The notes below the pieces were generated by a model. It did no database searches. It was not told the origin of the DNA and worked only from the letters and a program-made list of their open reading frames with translations. From assembly GCA_028718745.1 (NCBI GenBank), contig JAQULF010000003.1:160-64159 (forward strand): a stretch of 64,000 bases of DNA, in the 5' to 3' direction. Position 1 is the stretch's first letter. Every line of letters begins with the position of its first letter. Of this stretch, positions 48,801 through 58,979 are shown piece by piece. Source of the DNA: Patescibacteria group bacterium (GTDB lineage: Bacteria; Patescibacteriota; JACPGU01). The position numbers were made by a program, and so were the translations under genes.

Positions 48801-50483
48801 TTATGCTGCGGGTTCTATTTTACCCCAATTAACCATTAGTAAATTGAAATCAAAAATGTCTACTGATCCATCTCGATTAATATCGGCTGGATTGTCTGCC
48901 CCTATCTTGCCCCAATTCAATAGCAGGGCGTCCAAGTCCAAACTATCAATCTTTCCATCGCGAACGATGTCTGATCCATTCACCACATTCAAAAACCAAT
49001 TCGATTCTGCTTTGGGCTGGGTTGCTAGAGCGATCACCGCCGTAACTGTATAATTTTGGGTAGTTCCATCTGCGGCGGTAACAGTAAAAATTTGTGAAAT
49101 CGTAAAATTGCTGGATATAGCACTGGCCGGACTAACCAAAACACCCGTAAAAGTAATCGTCGGCACAAGCTCGGTAATGGCTTTGGCGGTGGTACCAAAA
49201 GGCATAGTTACAACAATTGTATGAATAGCTTCGTTGATTACTGTTTCGCCTAATTGTCCCGGAACGCTGAAACCGGTAATTGCCTTAGTCGAGCTTGCCG
49301 CCGGAGAATAGCTTCCCCCGCTAGAAGGCGATGCCGTAGGGTGGATAACCACGGTAACGGCATAATCTTGAGTTGTTTCGTCAACAGCGTTAACAGTATA
49401 AATTTGCGAAACTGTAAAATCAGTAACTGCCACACTGGCCGGATTAACCAAAGTACCGGTAAAAGTAATCGTTGGCACGAGTTCGGTAATAGCATGAGCC
49501 GTAGTGCCGGAAGGCATAGTAACAACAATCGTATGTGCATCCTCATTGATAATGGTTTCACCTAATTGGCTGGGAATAGCAAAAGCGGTGATCGCTTTAA
49601 GATCGCTTAAAACCGTCATCCCCGCATCAATATAATAAGGAGTAAAACTAACATTACCGGAAACACCTGTCTGAATATTTGTTTTAACAGCCGTCCCCCA
49701 CCAGTTCCTTGTAACATCCAGCATAGTGCTGCTTTGATTTGTTACCCCACCCGTGGCTAGACTTATATTTCCGATAAAATAATTACGATTAATCAATGGC
49801 GTAGTTCCCAGAATGTCTCCCGCAACTTTGATCGCAGCACTATTCGGAGATATTCCTAATGCATTAACCATAAATTGGTTAAGTCGGACAATCACCCCGC
49901 TATAATTGCTACCGGCTTCAAATAAAATTCCATTGCCCAAAGAAGCAAAAATATTATTTTGGATTAAACCACTGGGAACTGATGACAAAGATACTCCAGT
50001 GATGTGATTGGTAAGCTTGCAATTATCTAATGAGAGATAACCGACATTCTGCGCATTAATTGCCGTATTATTAGCATCCGCATCTATCGTTGAGTGAGGT
50101 GTTTGGTCAATGGTGAAACCATCAATTATAATTGAAGGAGCGATGGCATCTATTGTAGATAAAGACCCATCCGGAAGGCCTCTAATAATAGTGGAAGCGT
50201 AACCCGCCCCTTGAAGAGTTAAAGATTTATTTATCTGCAAATCTCCATCATATGTTCCTGCCGATACGCTAATCACATCACCACTACTAGCGGCATCAAT
50301 GGCTTCCTGAATAGTTAAATAATCATCCGGCACATTGATTGTCCCCGCTCTAGCGGGGTTTTTTGAGGCATTAAAAACAACAAAAATACTGGCTAGAACC
50401 ACGAATATAAATGCAAAAACCCATAAAAAAATCTTTGGTTTTCCCGAATATTTAGAATAAATGTCTAAAAAAAACTTTTTCAT
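48801..50483 (-). CDS. Beta-helix (pectin-lyase/NosD-like) protein with two Ig-like repeats and C-terminal dockerin
   Basis: VPDDYLTIQEAIDAA..GD.I.V.AGTY; duplicated KAIT.F..P.QLGET.INE; SDIVRDGKIDSLDL..NWG..ADINRDGSVDIFDFNLLMVNWG. Confidence 0.8.
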   Translation of the reverse strand: MKKFFLDIYSKYSGKPKIFLWVFAFIFVVLASIFVVFNASKNPARAGTINVPDDYLTIQEAIDAASSGDVISVSAGTYDGDLQINKSLTLQGAGYASTIIRGLPDGSLSTIDAIAPSIIIDGFTIDQTPHSTIDADANNTAINAQNVGYLSLDNCKLTNHITGVSLSSVPSGLIQNNIFASLGNGILFEAGSNYSGVIVRLNQFMVNALGISPNSAAIKVAGDILGTTPLINRNYFIGNISLATGGVTNQSSTMLDVTRNWWGTAVKTNIQTGVSGNVSFTPYYIDAGMTVLSDLKAITAFAIPSQLGETIINEDAHTIVVTMPSGTTAHAITELVPTITFTGTLVNPASVAVTDFTVSQIYTVNAVDETTQDYAVTVVIHPTASPSSGGSYSPAASSTKAITGFSVPGQLGETVINEAIHTIVVTMPFGTTAKAITELVPTITFTGVLVSPASAISSNFTISQIFTVTAADGTTQNYTVTAVIALATQPKAESNWFLNVVNGSDIVRDGKIDSLDLDALLLNWGKIGADNPADINRDGSVDIFDFNLLMVNWGKIEPAA

Positions 50484-50600
50484 TTTTGTTAATCCGTCTT
50501 ATCTGCTCATCTTGAGCGAAAGACAGACCCCCTCCTTCTTATCCACAAGTTTTACATCTATATTTTACAACTTAATAATTAAATTGTAAATGCAAGCAAA

Positions 50601-53600
50601 TTATTTTACGGTTATATCCCAATATAATCCTACATCTTTTAACCAAGTTAATCCTTCAACCACCGGTCGGAAATATTCTCTGATTGTGCCGCTGACATTT
50701 GGCGCTTTAATGGTGAAATTAAATTTGGCGGTTTCCCCGGGATTGACAGTTTCCTTATCAATTTTGGTAGGGCGATTATTTGACAGCCAATCGGTATTTT
50801 TAATAATTGAGTCTCTATCCAATGGATTGCTGGTTCCCAAATGTACCGGATTTGCACCGTTTTGATTCCAGACAGCCGTTCCGGTATTTTTATATTCAAC
50901 CCATAAATTAGCCGTTCCATTTTTATCTAAGGTAATGAATGGGCTTTGAGAGATATATTCAGTGTTATAAAAAGTTGAAACAGATCCTTTTTCTACGGTA
51001 ATATCCCAATAAATACCAATATCCTTCATCCAGGTTATTCCTTCTACGACCGGGGTAAAGTATTCTCTGAATTTGCCGGTTTTATCATTAAATCCGGTAA
51101 TGTTAACATTGAAAGTGCCTATTTCTCCGGGCCGGACAATGTCTTGGCTTAATTTTGCCGCTCTATTTACACTAATCCAAGATGAATTAGAGAAGGAACT
51201 TGGGCGATCAAAACCATTGGAAGTCCCAAGTCTTACCGGATTTGGTCCGTCTTTGTACCAAGTAGCCGAACCGGTATTTTTGATAGTTAGAATTAAACTG
51301 GTGTTTTCTCCGCTTTTGATTATAGGATAATTGCTTTGAGTAATAAATCCATAAGAGTAATTTCCCGGATTGGAATCTATGGAATAATTAAACCCGCCCG
51401 TATTATTGCCGGTATTATTATTGCCCGCAGTGGGAGTCCGATAAACAAGAGCATATTTATTGCCAATGGTCTTCGTACTTAAAATAATTTTATTAATAGA
51501 AGTATCATTGCTAAATCCGGCAGCCAGCAACCAAGCATTTTGCGCGGCGTCAAATTGATATAGAGAGATATCACTTTTGGCTACTCCGCTTGGAAGCGAG
51601 CTGGAATTGTAAGTGAATGATAACGAAACCGGTTGGCTAAATGCGGTAACATTAACACCATTAACAGTTGCTAAAACATTGTAAAGCTTATTGCCTAAAG
51701 TAGTGTAGCCGTCAATCGGACCACTAGCAACATCAGAAGTGGTTATCGTAATAGAAGTATTAGATGAAACCGCGCCGGATGGAACATTGATATTTAAAGA
51801 GCTTCCATCGGAATTTGTAAGAGTGGTCGCTCCGCCCAGACTAGCCGTAACCGTAACTTGACCATTGGTTGTATTTGGAATAACTGGGTTCGGATTGCCT
51901 CCACCGCCGCCTCCGCCGCCTCCGCCGCTACTATCATTATCCGTAATATGAGCGGTAACGCTAGCAATCGCAAAGCCATTGTAATTTAGATCGGCGCCGA
52001 CAACCGCGTGAGAAATAGTTCCCGTATGATTGCCTTGTACAATCGCGTCATCAACCGCTGTTACAGTAACTGTTTGAGGCGTATTCCAATTGGCGCTGGT
52101 AAAAGTTAAAACCGTTGGATTAACTGTTATTTCGGCATCGGGTGTTTCAGTAATAACCACATTGGCGGATGGCTGGGTATCCAAAACCAAAGTGTAACTG
52201 TCAGTCGTTCCGCTTTCAGAAACATTGGTAATGCCGCCGGATTCAAAAAGAGTAATGCCGGCAACATCATTATCAGCAATATTGGCGGTAACTGGAATTA
52301 CATCCAAACCGTTGTACGCAGCATCCAAGCTGACCGTGCTAAAAGTAAGACTGTCGTTATGCGCTCCTTCTACAACATTATCATTAACCGCGTTAACATT
52401 TATTGTTTGAGGTGTAGTGTAATTAGCCGGCGTGAAAACCAATGAATTATTATCTATGGAAATTTCAGTGCCGGTTATCGCGATATTAACAAGAACATTA
52501 TTGGTTGGAACCGGACCGGATAAAGAAATATCCAGAGTATCCCCCGCTCCGCCTTCGATAACATTAACGGTTTGAGTGGATAAAACTACTGTCGCGCCAT
52601 CATTGTCAATGATATTTGCGGTAACATTTGCCACCGCGATGCCATTAAATATCGGATCAGCGCTGGTGGCCGCGTGTGTAATTAGACTCGTATGAGTGCC
52701 TTCCACTATGGCATCATCCACCGCAGAAACCGTGAAGGTTTGAGGCGTATTCCAGTTATAGGGCGTGAAAACAATGTTAGCCGGGACAACATTGATTTGA
52801 GCGGCATCAAAACTTGGCGTGATCGTAACATTGCTAACCGGCTGATCGCCCAAAACTATGGTATATGTATCGGTAACTCCGGCTTCAGAAACCCATGTAG
52901 ATCCACCGCTTTGAGTTACGGTGGTAGTAATCGGAACAACATCATCGCCATTATCTGAAATAGTCGCGGTTATTTGCGCGGTGAGACCATCAAAAGCTAA
53001 ATCGGCGCTACTAGCGGTGTGATCCACAAACCCCGTCTGACCCGCGCTTTCATTGAAGGTATCATTAACCGCGCTGATATAAATGAATCTTGGAATATCC
53101 CAGGTTGCCGGAGTAAAGGTAACGCTGCTGGATGAAACGGTTAGATCATTATTTGGCGCGAGAGCGATAGTAACATTACTGGTTGGAATATCATTAAGAA
53201 CCACAGTGTACATATTGTCCGGAACGAACAAAGTTGCGAATCCATCAAAGGACCCGGCCGAAGTTTTATTATCATCTGGCGCGCTCGTAGGATCATTAAA
53301 ATCTGAAACCCCTGCAAAATACCCACCGGCAAAAATCTTTCCGGAATTATTAACAGCGATAGAATAGTAGTCACTATCGCCCGAATTGCCGCCAGCAGTT
53401 TTAGTAAATCCATAAGTTCCATTTGCATTTATTTTTGTTAAAAAGGCATGATAATTAACCGTATCATAACCGGCAATCACTTTAAAATCAACTCCGGCAG
53501 TAGGGTCAAAGTCAATCCCTTCCGCGCCATTGGAAGCGGTACCGGAAATATAAACATTATCAGATGAATCAACAGCTATTGCATTAGCTTCAACATCTCT

Positions 53601-54857
53601 TCCTACATCACCGATCTGAAGAACACTCTGATAAACACCGCTGAAATTATATTTAGCTAAAAAAGCGTCAAAATCACCCGTAGCGGTAAGGGAATTCGGT
53701 CCGCTTTCTGGGTTAAAGTCAGTAGTGCCAGTAAAATATCCTGCTAAATAGATATTTCCTAAACCATCAACTGCAATCCCCATTAACTGATCATAACCGG
53801 GGGCCGTTGCCTTTATTGTCTTACTAAAAACATAATTACCGGAAGAATTTATTTTGGTAAAAAAAGTTTCTCCAACTACGGCTGAATCTTTTATGTCAGT
53901 CCCAGCAGTTGGGTCCAAATCTACAGAACCAGCAAAAATTCCAGCGAGATAAACATTATTAGAGCTATCAACAAAAATTCTACTTCCAGAATCGGTTCCC
54001 GCCCCGCCAATCGTATAAGTATAGCCGTAAGATCCATTGGCATTTATTTTGGTAAAAAACGCGTCCAAACTAGCAGTATCTGAAGTTTTAGAATCAGCCG
54101 GTCCAGAGCCGGTTGTATTAAAATCAATCGTTCCTGAAAAATATCCCGAAAAATAGACTGAATCATCCGGACCAATTACTAATGAGTTCGGAAAAATCGA
54201 TCCTGCTACACCCGCGTCAAAAACATAGGTGTATCCATAAGATCCATTGGAATTAATTTTAGTTAAAAAGATATTGGTAACATTGGCCGGTGAAGAAGTT
54301 TTATTGTCTACTCCGGCGGTCGGATCAAAATCAACCGTGCCGGCAAAAAGACCTAACGCGTAAGCATTGCCGGAAGAATCTGACTTAATCCCCATCAAAT
54401 GTTCGCTTTTAATTCCGCCCATATTATAAGCATAAGCCAGCGTTCCGTCCGAATTAACTTTGGATATAAAAATATCACTGCCTGAAGCGCCTGCCCTATT
54501 CATTAAAGGAGTAGAAAATCCTCCATTAGAAACTACATCTTTTACACCAACCGTGGGGTCTATGTCAGCAGTGCCATTAAACCCCCCGCCAATGTACATA
54601 TTTCCATTATTATCTAAATCAACAGCTTCTAATGTATCCAATACCGTTCCTCCAACCTGAAAAGTATACCCGTATGAAGGAGCCAGATTCCCCCCTTCCC
54701 GAAGGTTGAGAGCGCCTCCTGAAGGAGTTAGTGTAATTCCGGCTAGCGCTTTAACACCTGATAAAGGAATTAAAATAAAAGACAGAGCCAAAACGGCTGC
54801 AATTATTACATTCCATTTATTACTTTTTTGAGAACTTCGGTTTGGGCTTTTTTTCAT
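50601..54857 (-). CDS. Large surface protein: beta-propeller repeats, Calx-beta-like repeats, two C-terminal NBR1-Ig-like domains
   Basis: VD..GN.Y..G.F.G..DFDP repeats; FTPANW.TPQT.TV.AVDD repeats; KNTG..W...FTPVVEGITWMKDIGIYWDI twice. Confidence 0.8.
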   Translation of the reverse strand: MKKSPNRSSQKSNKWNVIIAAVLALSFILIPLSGVKALAGITLTPSGGALNLREGGNLAPSYGYTFQVGGTVLDTLEAVDLDNNGNMYIGGGFNGTADIDPTVGVKDVVSNGGFSTPLMNRAGASGSDIFISKVNSDGTLAYAYNMGGIKSEHLMGIKSDSSGNAYALGLFAGTVDFDPTAGVDNKTSSPANVTNIFLTKINSNGSYGYTYVFDAGVAGSIFPNSLVIGPDDSVYFSGYFSGTIDFNTTGSGPADSKTSDTASLDAFFTKINANGSYGYTYTIGGAGTDSGSRIFVDSSNNVYLAGIFAGSVDLDPTAGTDIKDSAVVGETFFTKINSSGNYVFSKTIKATAPGYDQLMGIAVDGLGNIYLAGYFTGTTDFNPESGPNSLTATGDFDAFLAKYNFSGVYQSVLQIGDVGRDVEANAIAVDSSDNVYISGTASNGAEGIDFDPTAGVDFKVIAGYDTVNYHAFLTKINANGTYGFTKTAGGNSGDSDYYSIAVNNSGKIFAGGYFAGVSDFNDPTSAPDDNKTSAGSFDGFATLFVPDNMYTVVLNDIPTSNVTIALAPNNDLTVSSSSVTFTPATWDIPRFIYISAVNDTFNESAGQTGFVDHTASSADLAFDGLTAQITATISDNGDDVVPITTTVTQSGGSTWVSEAGVTDTYTIVLGDQPVSNVTITPSFDAAQINVVPANIVFTPYNWNTPQTFTVSAVDDAIVEGTHTSLITHAATSADPIFNGIAVANVTANIIDNDGATVVLSTQTVNVIEGGAGDTLDISLSGPVPTNNVLVNIAITGTEISIDNNSLVFTPANYTTPQTINVNAVNDNVVEGAHNDSLTFSTVSLDAAYNGLDVIPVTANIADNDVAGITLFESGGITNVSESGTTDSYTLVLDTQPSANVVITETPDAEITVNPTVLTFTSANWNTPQTVTVTAVDDAIVQGNHTGTISHAVVGADLNYNGFAIASVTAHITDNDSSGGGGGGGGGGNPNPVIPNTTNGQVTVTASLGGATTLTNSDGSSLNINVPSGAVSSNTSITITTSDVASGPIDGYTTLGNKLYNVLATVNGVNVTAFSQPVSLSFTYNSSSLPSGVAKSDISLYQFDAAQNAWLLAAGFSNDTSINKIILSTKTIGNKYALVYRTPTAGNNNTGNNTGGFNYSIDSNPGNYSYGFITQSNYPIIKSGENTSLILTIKNTGSATWYKDGPNPVRLGTSNGFDRPSSFSNSSWISVNRAAKLSQDIVRPGEIGTFNVNITGFNDKTGKFREYFTPVVEGITWMKDIGIYWDITVEKGSVSTFYNTEYISQSPFITLDKNGTANLWVEYKNTGTAVWNQNGANPVHLGTSNPLDRDSIIKNTDWLSNNRPTKIDKETVNPGETAKFNFTIKAPNVSGTIREYFRPVVEGLTWLKDVGLYWDITVK

Positions 54858-55038
54858 TTTTGAAAGATTAGTTATTAGTTATCATCATCCTACCACATTC
54901 TAAAAAGTTTGTCAATACAGCTATTTTTAAAATTTGAACCTTAAAGTAAAAATATAGAGAAAATTTCATCCAGAGCGAGTACACGAGCGTGGGATTACAT
55001 TAATTTCTTCTCACTTATTTTCTTAATTTTTTAATTTT

Positions 55039-57849
55039 TTATTTAACTATTATTTGCCAATATATTCCAATATCTTTCATCCATTTTACTCCATCCACAA
55101 CCGGTGTAAAGTAGGCTTTGTAAGTTCCGGGGGTTGCGGGAGCTTTAAGTTTAAACTGAAATCTAGTATTCCAACCTGGTCTGATCTCCGGATGCATTAT
55201 AGCAACCGCCCTATTTGCCGACAACCAATTGCTATTGGCAAATTCGCTAACATAATCTCTTTGCTGATTTATATTGCCATAAGAAGATCCGGAACCAAGA
55301 CGAACTACATTATTGCCATTATTAAACCAAGTGGCGGTGCCGGTATTTTTTACTTCAATCCAAACATCTATCAGATCTCCCGGATTTGCTTCGGCAGGAT
55401 ATGGAGACTGATATATCAATTGATAATCATAAGTCCCCAGCATTAGTTTCGCCCTGCGGGCTATTTCTTCCGGAGAAAGTTCCACTATGGGTTGAGTTTG
55501 AAATTGGATCTGTTCTATAATCTCTTCCCGTTGAGGTGTTGATGGCGGTTCCAACCCTTCTTCGTCATTTGGAACGGGGTTATAATATGCCGGCGGCGGA
55601 TTTGATGGGGCAGAAGAAGTATAAGTTGCAAAAGTCGTAAAATGTTTCGTCCAAACAGCAAGATTGCCATCATCAAGACTGATTTTACAATCTTCCGGAC
55701 TGCCATTTTCAATTAGGTTTGCTATCGCCCAACTCTGGCCATCGTCAAGGTTGTTAATGCATGCCGTTGTAATTTCTGTGAAAAGGCCCCCTCTTGAATA
55801 ACCAATTCTCTCTCCGGCCTTTCCTTCAAAAGTTAGTTTTACCGGATTATTAAAAGTTAATTTAGTATCTGCAAAACCAACATCTATCGCGGAATCAACT
55901 ACCGCGCCCGGCAATGATAAAGTTGTTACTTGGGGAACATCCATGGCCCCCGTCCAAGATGTATCACCGTCCGCTGTGATAGTGGTTCCGGAAGGAATAT
56001 TTACAGATACCGTCCCATCACTAAGAGTTTTGGTAATATTTATTTCCGGTATGGAAGAGGCTACGCCGCCAGAGGTAAATGCGCCCAAATCTATTTGAGA
56101 ATTATCAGAACCTAAATCTACATTTACATTAACTGTATCTGAAGTACCAAGAGAGCTTGAGACTAATAATGATTGGTTATCGCCTGAAATAGTTTGGGGA
56201 GTATCATTCGTTACTTCTGTCGTTAAACTGGTGCCGGTATTTATAAGCAATGTCCAACCTTTATTGCCGGAAACATCGCTAAGAAGAGCCCAAACATCAT
56301 TAGTAAAAGTCGCGGTATCCCCTTCTCCTACATCTCGGGATATTCTCAAATGATTATTCATCCAGTGAAAAGTTAATTCTTTATCAGCGCCATTACTCAA
56401 AGCATTTTGTACTGCTGTTATACTATCCTCGCTTAATTGTTCGCTAAAAATAAGAGCTGCGCCATATAAATTTGGTCTGCTGCCGCCTAAATATGGTAAT
56501 TCATAACCGGCATCTCCGCTGCCCAAAACTCCGCTTGTAATTCTTGGCGCGGCCTTATCTTCGGCCGTAACATTCATCATCGCTGTTTGTTCATTACCGG
56601 AAAGATCTTTTATACTCAAATGCCCCGCCGGATTTATCGTTACGATCGGGGTATCATTAGCCAAATCGCTATCAAGAAATAAAGTTACTTTTCCATTATC
56701 TTCACTTAAGCTACTAATGGAATAATCACCATATCCGTCTATTGAAACTTGAAAATCAGCGGTAGTTAACTGACTTTCATCTAAATCTTCATCAAAAAAC
56801 ACTTCCACTTCATTGCCGGATATTGTGCGAGCGCTTAATAATTGTGGCGGAGCAACATCTAAACTCGTAGTATTAACTCCAACCGGTAGTGTATTGGATA
56901 GCATCGCCTCATGCGGGTTAGAACTTCCCGGATCAAGTATTTCTACATTTACCGCCGAAAAAGGACTATCAGCTCCAACATTGATTCCTCCCGATAATGT
57001 ATCTACTTCTACCGTAAAGCTTTCGTTGAATGAACCAGTATCACTATCAGCGCATCCACCGGTAGTATAGTTAACACTTGCATAGCCCTCATTAACCGCG
57101 CCATAGCTTCCACTGCCGATACCGTATGATTGCAATCCGGCTTCAACCGCTATAATTGCGCAGCCGCCCGAGACATTAGTATAAGAAAAACTGCCGGACA
57201 AATTAATCTGATCTCCGCTATTTACTATTCCGTTTCCGTCTAGATCGGTATAGCCAAGAGTAACGCTATTGATAGTAATGGACGAAACCGGAGGTTCAGG
57301 AGGAACAGTATTAACCCCAACCGGCAGTGTATTGGATAGCATTGTCACGGGTGGGTTACCGCTTCCGGGATCAGATACGAGCACATCTACCGCCGAAAGT
57401 GGGCTATCAGCTCCAACATTGATTCCTCCATTAATTATGTCAGCTTCTACGGTAAAAAGTTCATTAAATGAAATGGTGCCGCTATCAGGACCGGAGCAAT
57501 CACCGGAGGCGCTTATTTCTGTATAGCCCTCATAATAGCTGCTATCGCCGCCAAGACCATAATTTCTCAAATCAGCATTAGGCGATATTAGCGCGCAACC
57601 ATCAACTATTCCTATATAAGAAGCTGATCCGGAAATATTGATTGAATCTCCAGCGTTCACTATTCCATTTCCGTCCACATCGGTATAGCCAAGAGTAACA
57701 CTATTGATTACGATAGCGCTACCAATTGCTTTTGTCGCAGACTGTTTGTTATTGGAAAAAATAAAATAAGAACTTAGGGAAATCAAAATAATAACCGCTA
57801 TTATAAAAATAAGTTTTTTTGCCCAATCTTTTTTTATCTTTGTTATCAT
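55039..57849 (-). CDS. Surface protein with duplicated ~140-aa N-terminal repeat and C-terminal NBR1-Ig-like domain
   Basis: INSVTLGYTDxDGNGIVN..MLSNTLPVGVNT twice; TKHFTTFA; terminal YQSPYP..KNTG..WMKDIGIYW. Confidence 0.75.
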   Translation of the reverse strand: MITKIKKDWAKKLIFIIAVIILISLSSYFIFSNNKQSATKAIGSAIVINSVTLGYTDVDGNGIVNAGDSINISGSASYIGIVDGCALISPNADLRNYGLGGDSSYYEGYTEISASGDCSGPDSGTISFNELFTVEADIINGGINVGADSPLSAVDVLVSDPGSGNPPVTMLSNTLPVGVNTVPPEPPVSSITINSVTLGYTDLDGNGIVNSGDQINLSGSFSYTNVSGGCAIIAVEAGLQSYGIGSGSYGAVNEGYASVNYTTGGCADSDTGSFNESFTVEVDTLSGGINVGADSPFSAVNVEILDPGSSNPHEAMLSNTLPVGVNTTSLDVAPPQLLSARTISGNEVEVFFDEDLDESQLTTADFQVSIDGYGDYSISSLSEDNGKVTLFLDSDLANDTPIVTINPAGHLSIKDLSGNEQTAMMNVTAEDKAAPRITSGVLGSGDAGYELPYLGGSRPNLYGAALIFSEQLSEDSITAVQNALSNGADKELTFHWMNNHLRISRDVGEGDTATFTNDVWALLSDVSGNKGWTLLINTGTSLTTEVTNDTPQTISGDNQSLLVSSSLGTSDTVNVNVDLGSDNSQIDLGAFTSGGVASSIPEINITKTLSDGTVSVNIPSGTTITADGDTSWTGAMDVPQVTTLSLPGAVVDSAIDVGFADTKLTFNNPVKLTFEGKAGERIGYSRGGLFTEITTACINNLDDGQSWAIANLIENGSPEDCKISLDDGNLAVWTKHFTTFATYTSSAPSNPPPAYYNPVPNDEEGLEPPSTPQREEIIEQIQFQTQPIVELSPEEIARRAKLMLGTYDYQLIYQSPYPAEANPGDLIDVWIEVKNTGTATWFNNGNNVVRLGSGSSYGNINQQRDYVSEFANSNWLSANRAVAIMHPEIRPGWNTRFQFKLKAPATPGTYKAYFTPVVDGVKWMKDIGIYWQIIVK

Positions 57850-57880
57850 TTTAGTATTTTACCGCTTTATAACTTTATAA

Positions 57881-58954
57881 CTATTTAACCTTTATCTCCC
57901 AATATATTCCAATATCTTTCATCCAATTAATTCCATCAACAACGGGTGTAAAATAGGCTTTGTAAATACCCGGGGTTGCGGGAGCTTTAATATTAAATTG
58001 AAATTTGGTGCTTTGTCCCGGCTGAACTATCGAATCTAGCATGCCAACCGGTCTATTTGCCGATAACCAATCGCTATCTACAAATTCTGACGCGTAATCC
58101 AATTGTTGGTTTGAATTTCCGTAAGCGGAACCCGATCCTAATCTTACAGGGTTAGAGCCATCAGCCAGCCAAGTTTGATTGCCGGTATTTTTTAATTCCA
58201 CCCAAACATTAGCTGTCTCCCCGGAATTTAGTTCTGCCGGATAAGGAGATTGGCTGACTAATTCATAATCATAAGAATTTTGCGCGTCATATTTCAAAAT
58301 CCATCCCGAATAAATCGTATTGGCACCGCCATCATAAAGGCTGGGAAACTGATCTTGGTTCAGCTCTACCAATCTCGTCCATTTTTCAGCATCGCCATAG
58401 ATTTTTAAAGCGATCGCTTTTAGATCATCGCCGGGTTGGACTTCGTAATAACCGGAGGTAAATTGGTTTGTATTATTTTGATTTGGCGAAACGGGTGGAA
58501 CAAGTGGAACAACCGGAATGGGTTGAGCTATTTCCTGCGGTTTTTCCAAAATCGCTTCCCTTTCTGCCGAAGTTAAATTGAGACTATTGATATTAAGATC
58601 ATATTTCAAAACCCAATCGCTATAAATATTATTTGGCATTGTAACCAAACTGGGGTATCTATCTTGATTTAATTCCACCAATCTCGTCCATTTAGAGCTA
58701 TCGCCATAAAGATTTTGCGCGATATCCTTCATGGATTCCCCCGCTCCCACCACATATTCACCAAATAATTGATCAGCTAATCCTGCCGTAGCAATATTAT
58801 TGTCCGAAACATTGGTAATTGGTTGCGATAAACTGTTGTCCGCCATAACTTTGGAAAAAGGAGTAACCAAAAAAGCAAGTACAAAAAGACTTACTATTAT
58901 GAAAAGTGCTACTTGGATTTTTTTATTTTGTTTTGTGTTTTTGTACTTGATCAT
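57881..58954 (-). CDS. Secreted protein with two LysM domains and NBR1-Ig-like domain
   Basis: YVVGAGESMKDIAQNLYG and YEVQPGDDLKAIALKIYG; terminal SQSPYP..WMKDIGIYWEI. Confidence 0.8.
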   Translation of the reverse strand: MIKYKNTKQNKKIQVALFIIVSLFVLAFLVTPFSKVMADNSLSQPITNVSDNNIATAGLADQLFGEYVVGAGESMKDIAQNLYGDSSKWTRLVELNQDRYPSLVTMPNNIYSDWVLKYDLNINSLNLTSAEREAILEKPQEIAQPIPVVPLVPPVSPNQNNTNQFTSGYYEVQPGDDLKAIALKIYGDAEKWTRLVELNQDQFPSLYDGGANTIYSGWILKYDAQNSYDYELVSQSPYPAELNSGETANVWVELKNTGNQTWLADGSNPVRLGSGSAYGNSNQQLDYASEFVDSDWLSANRPVGMLDSIVQPGQSTKFQFNIKAPATPGIYKAYFTPVVDGINWMKDIGIYWEIKVK

Positions 58955-58979
58955 TTTTGTTTTTTAATTTTTTATTTTC

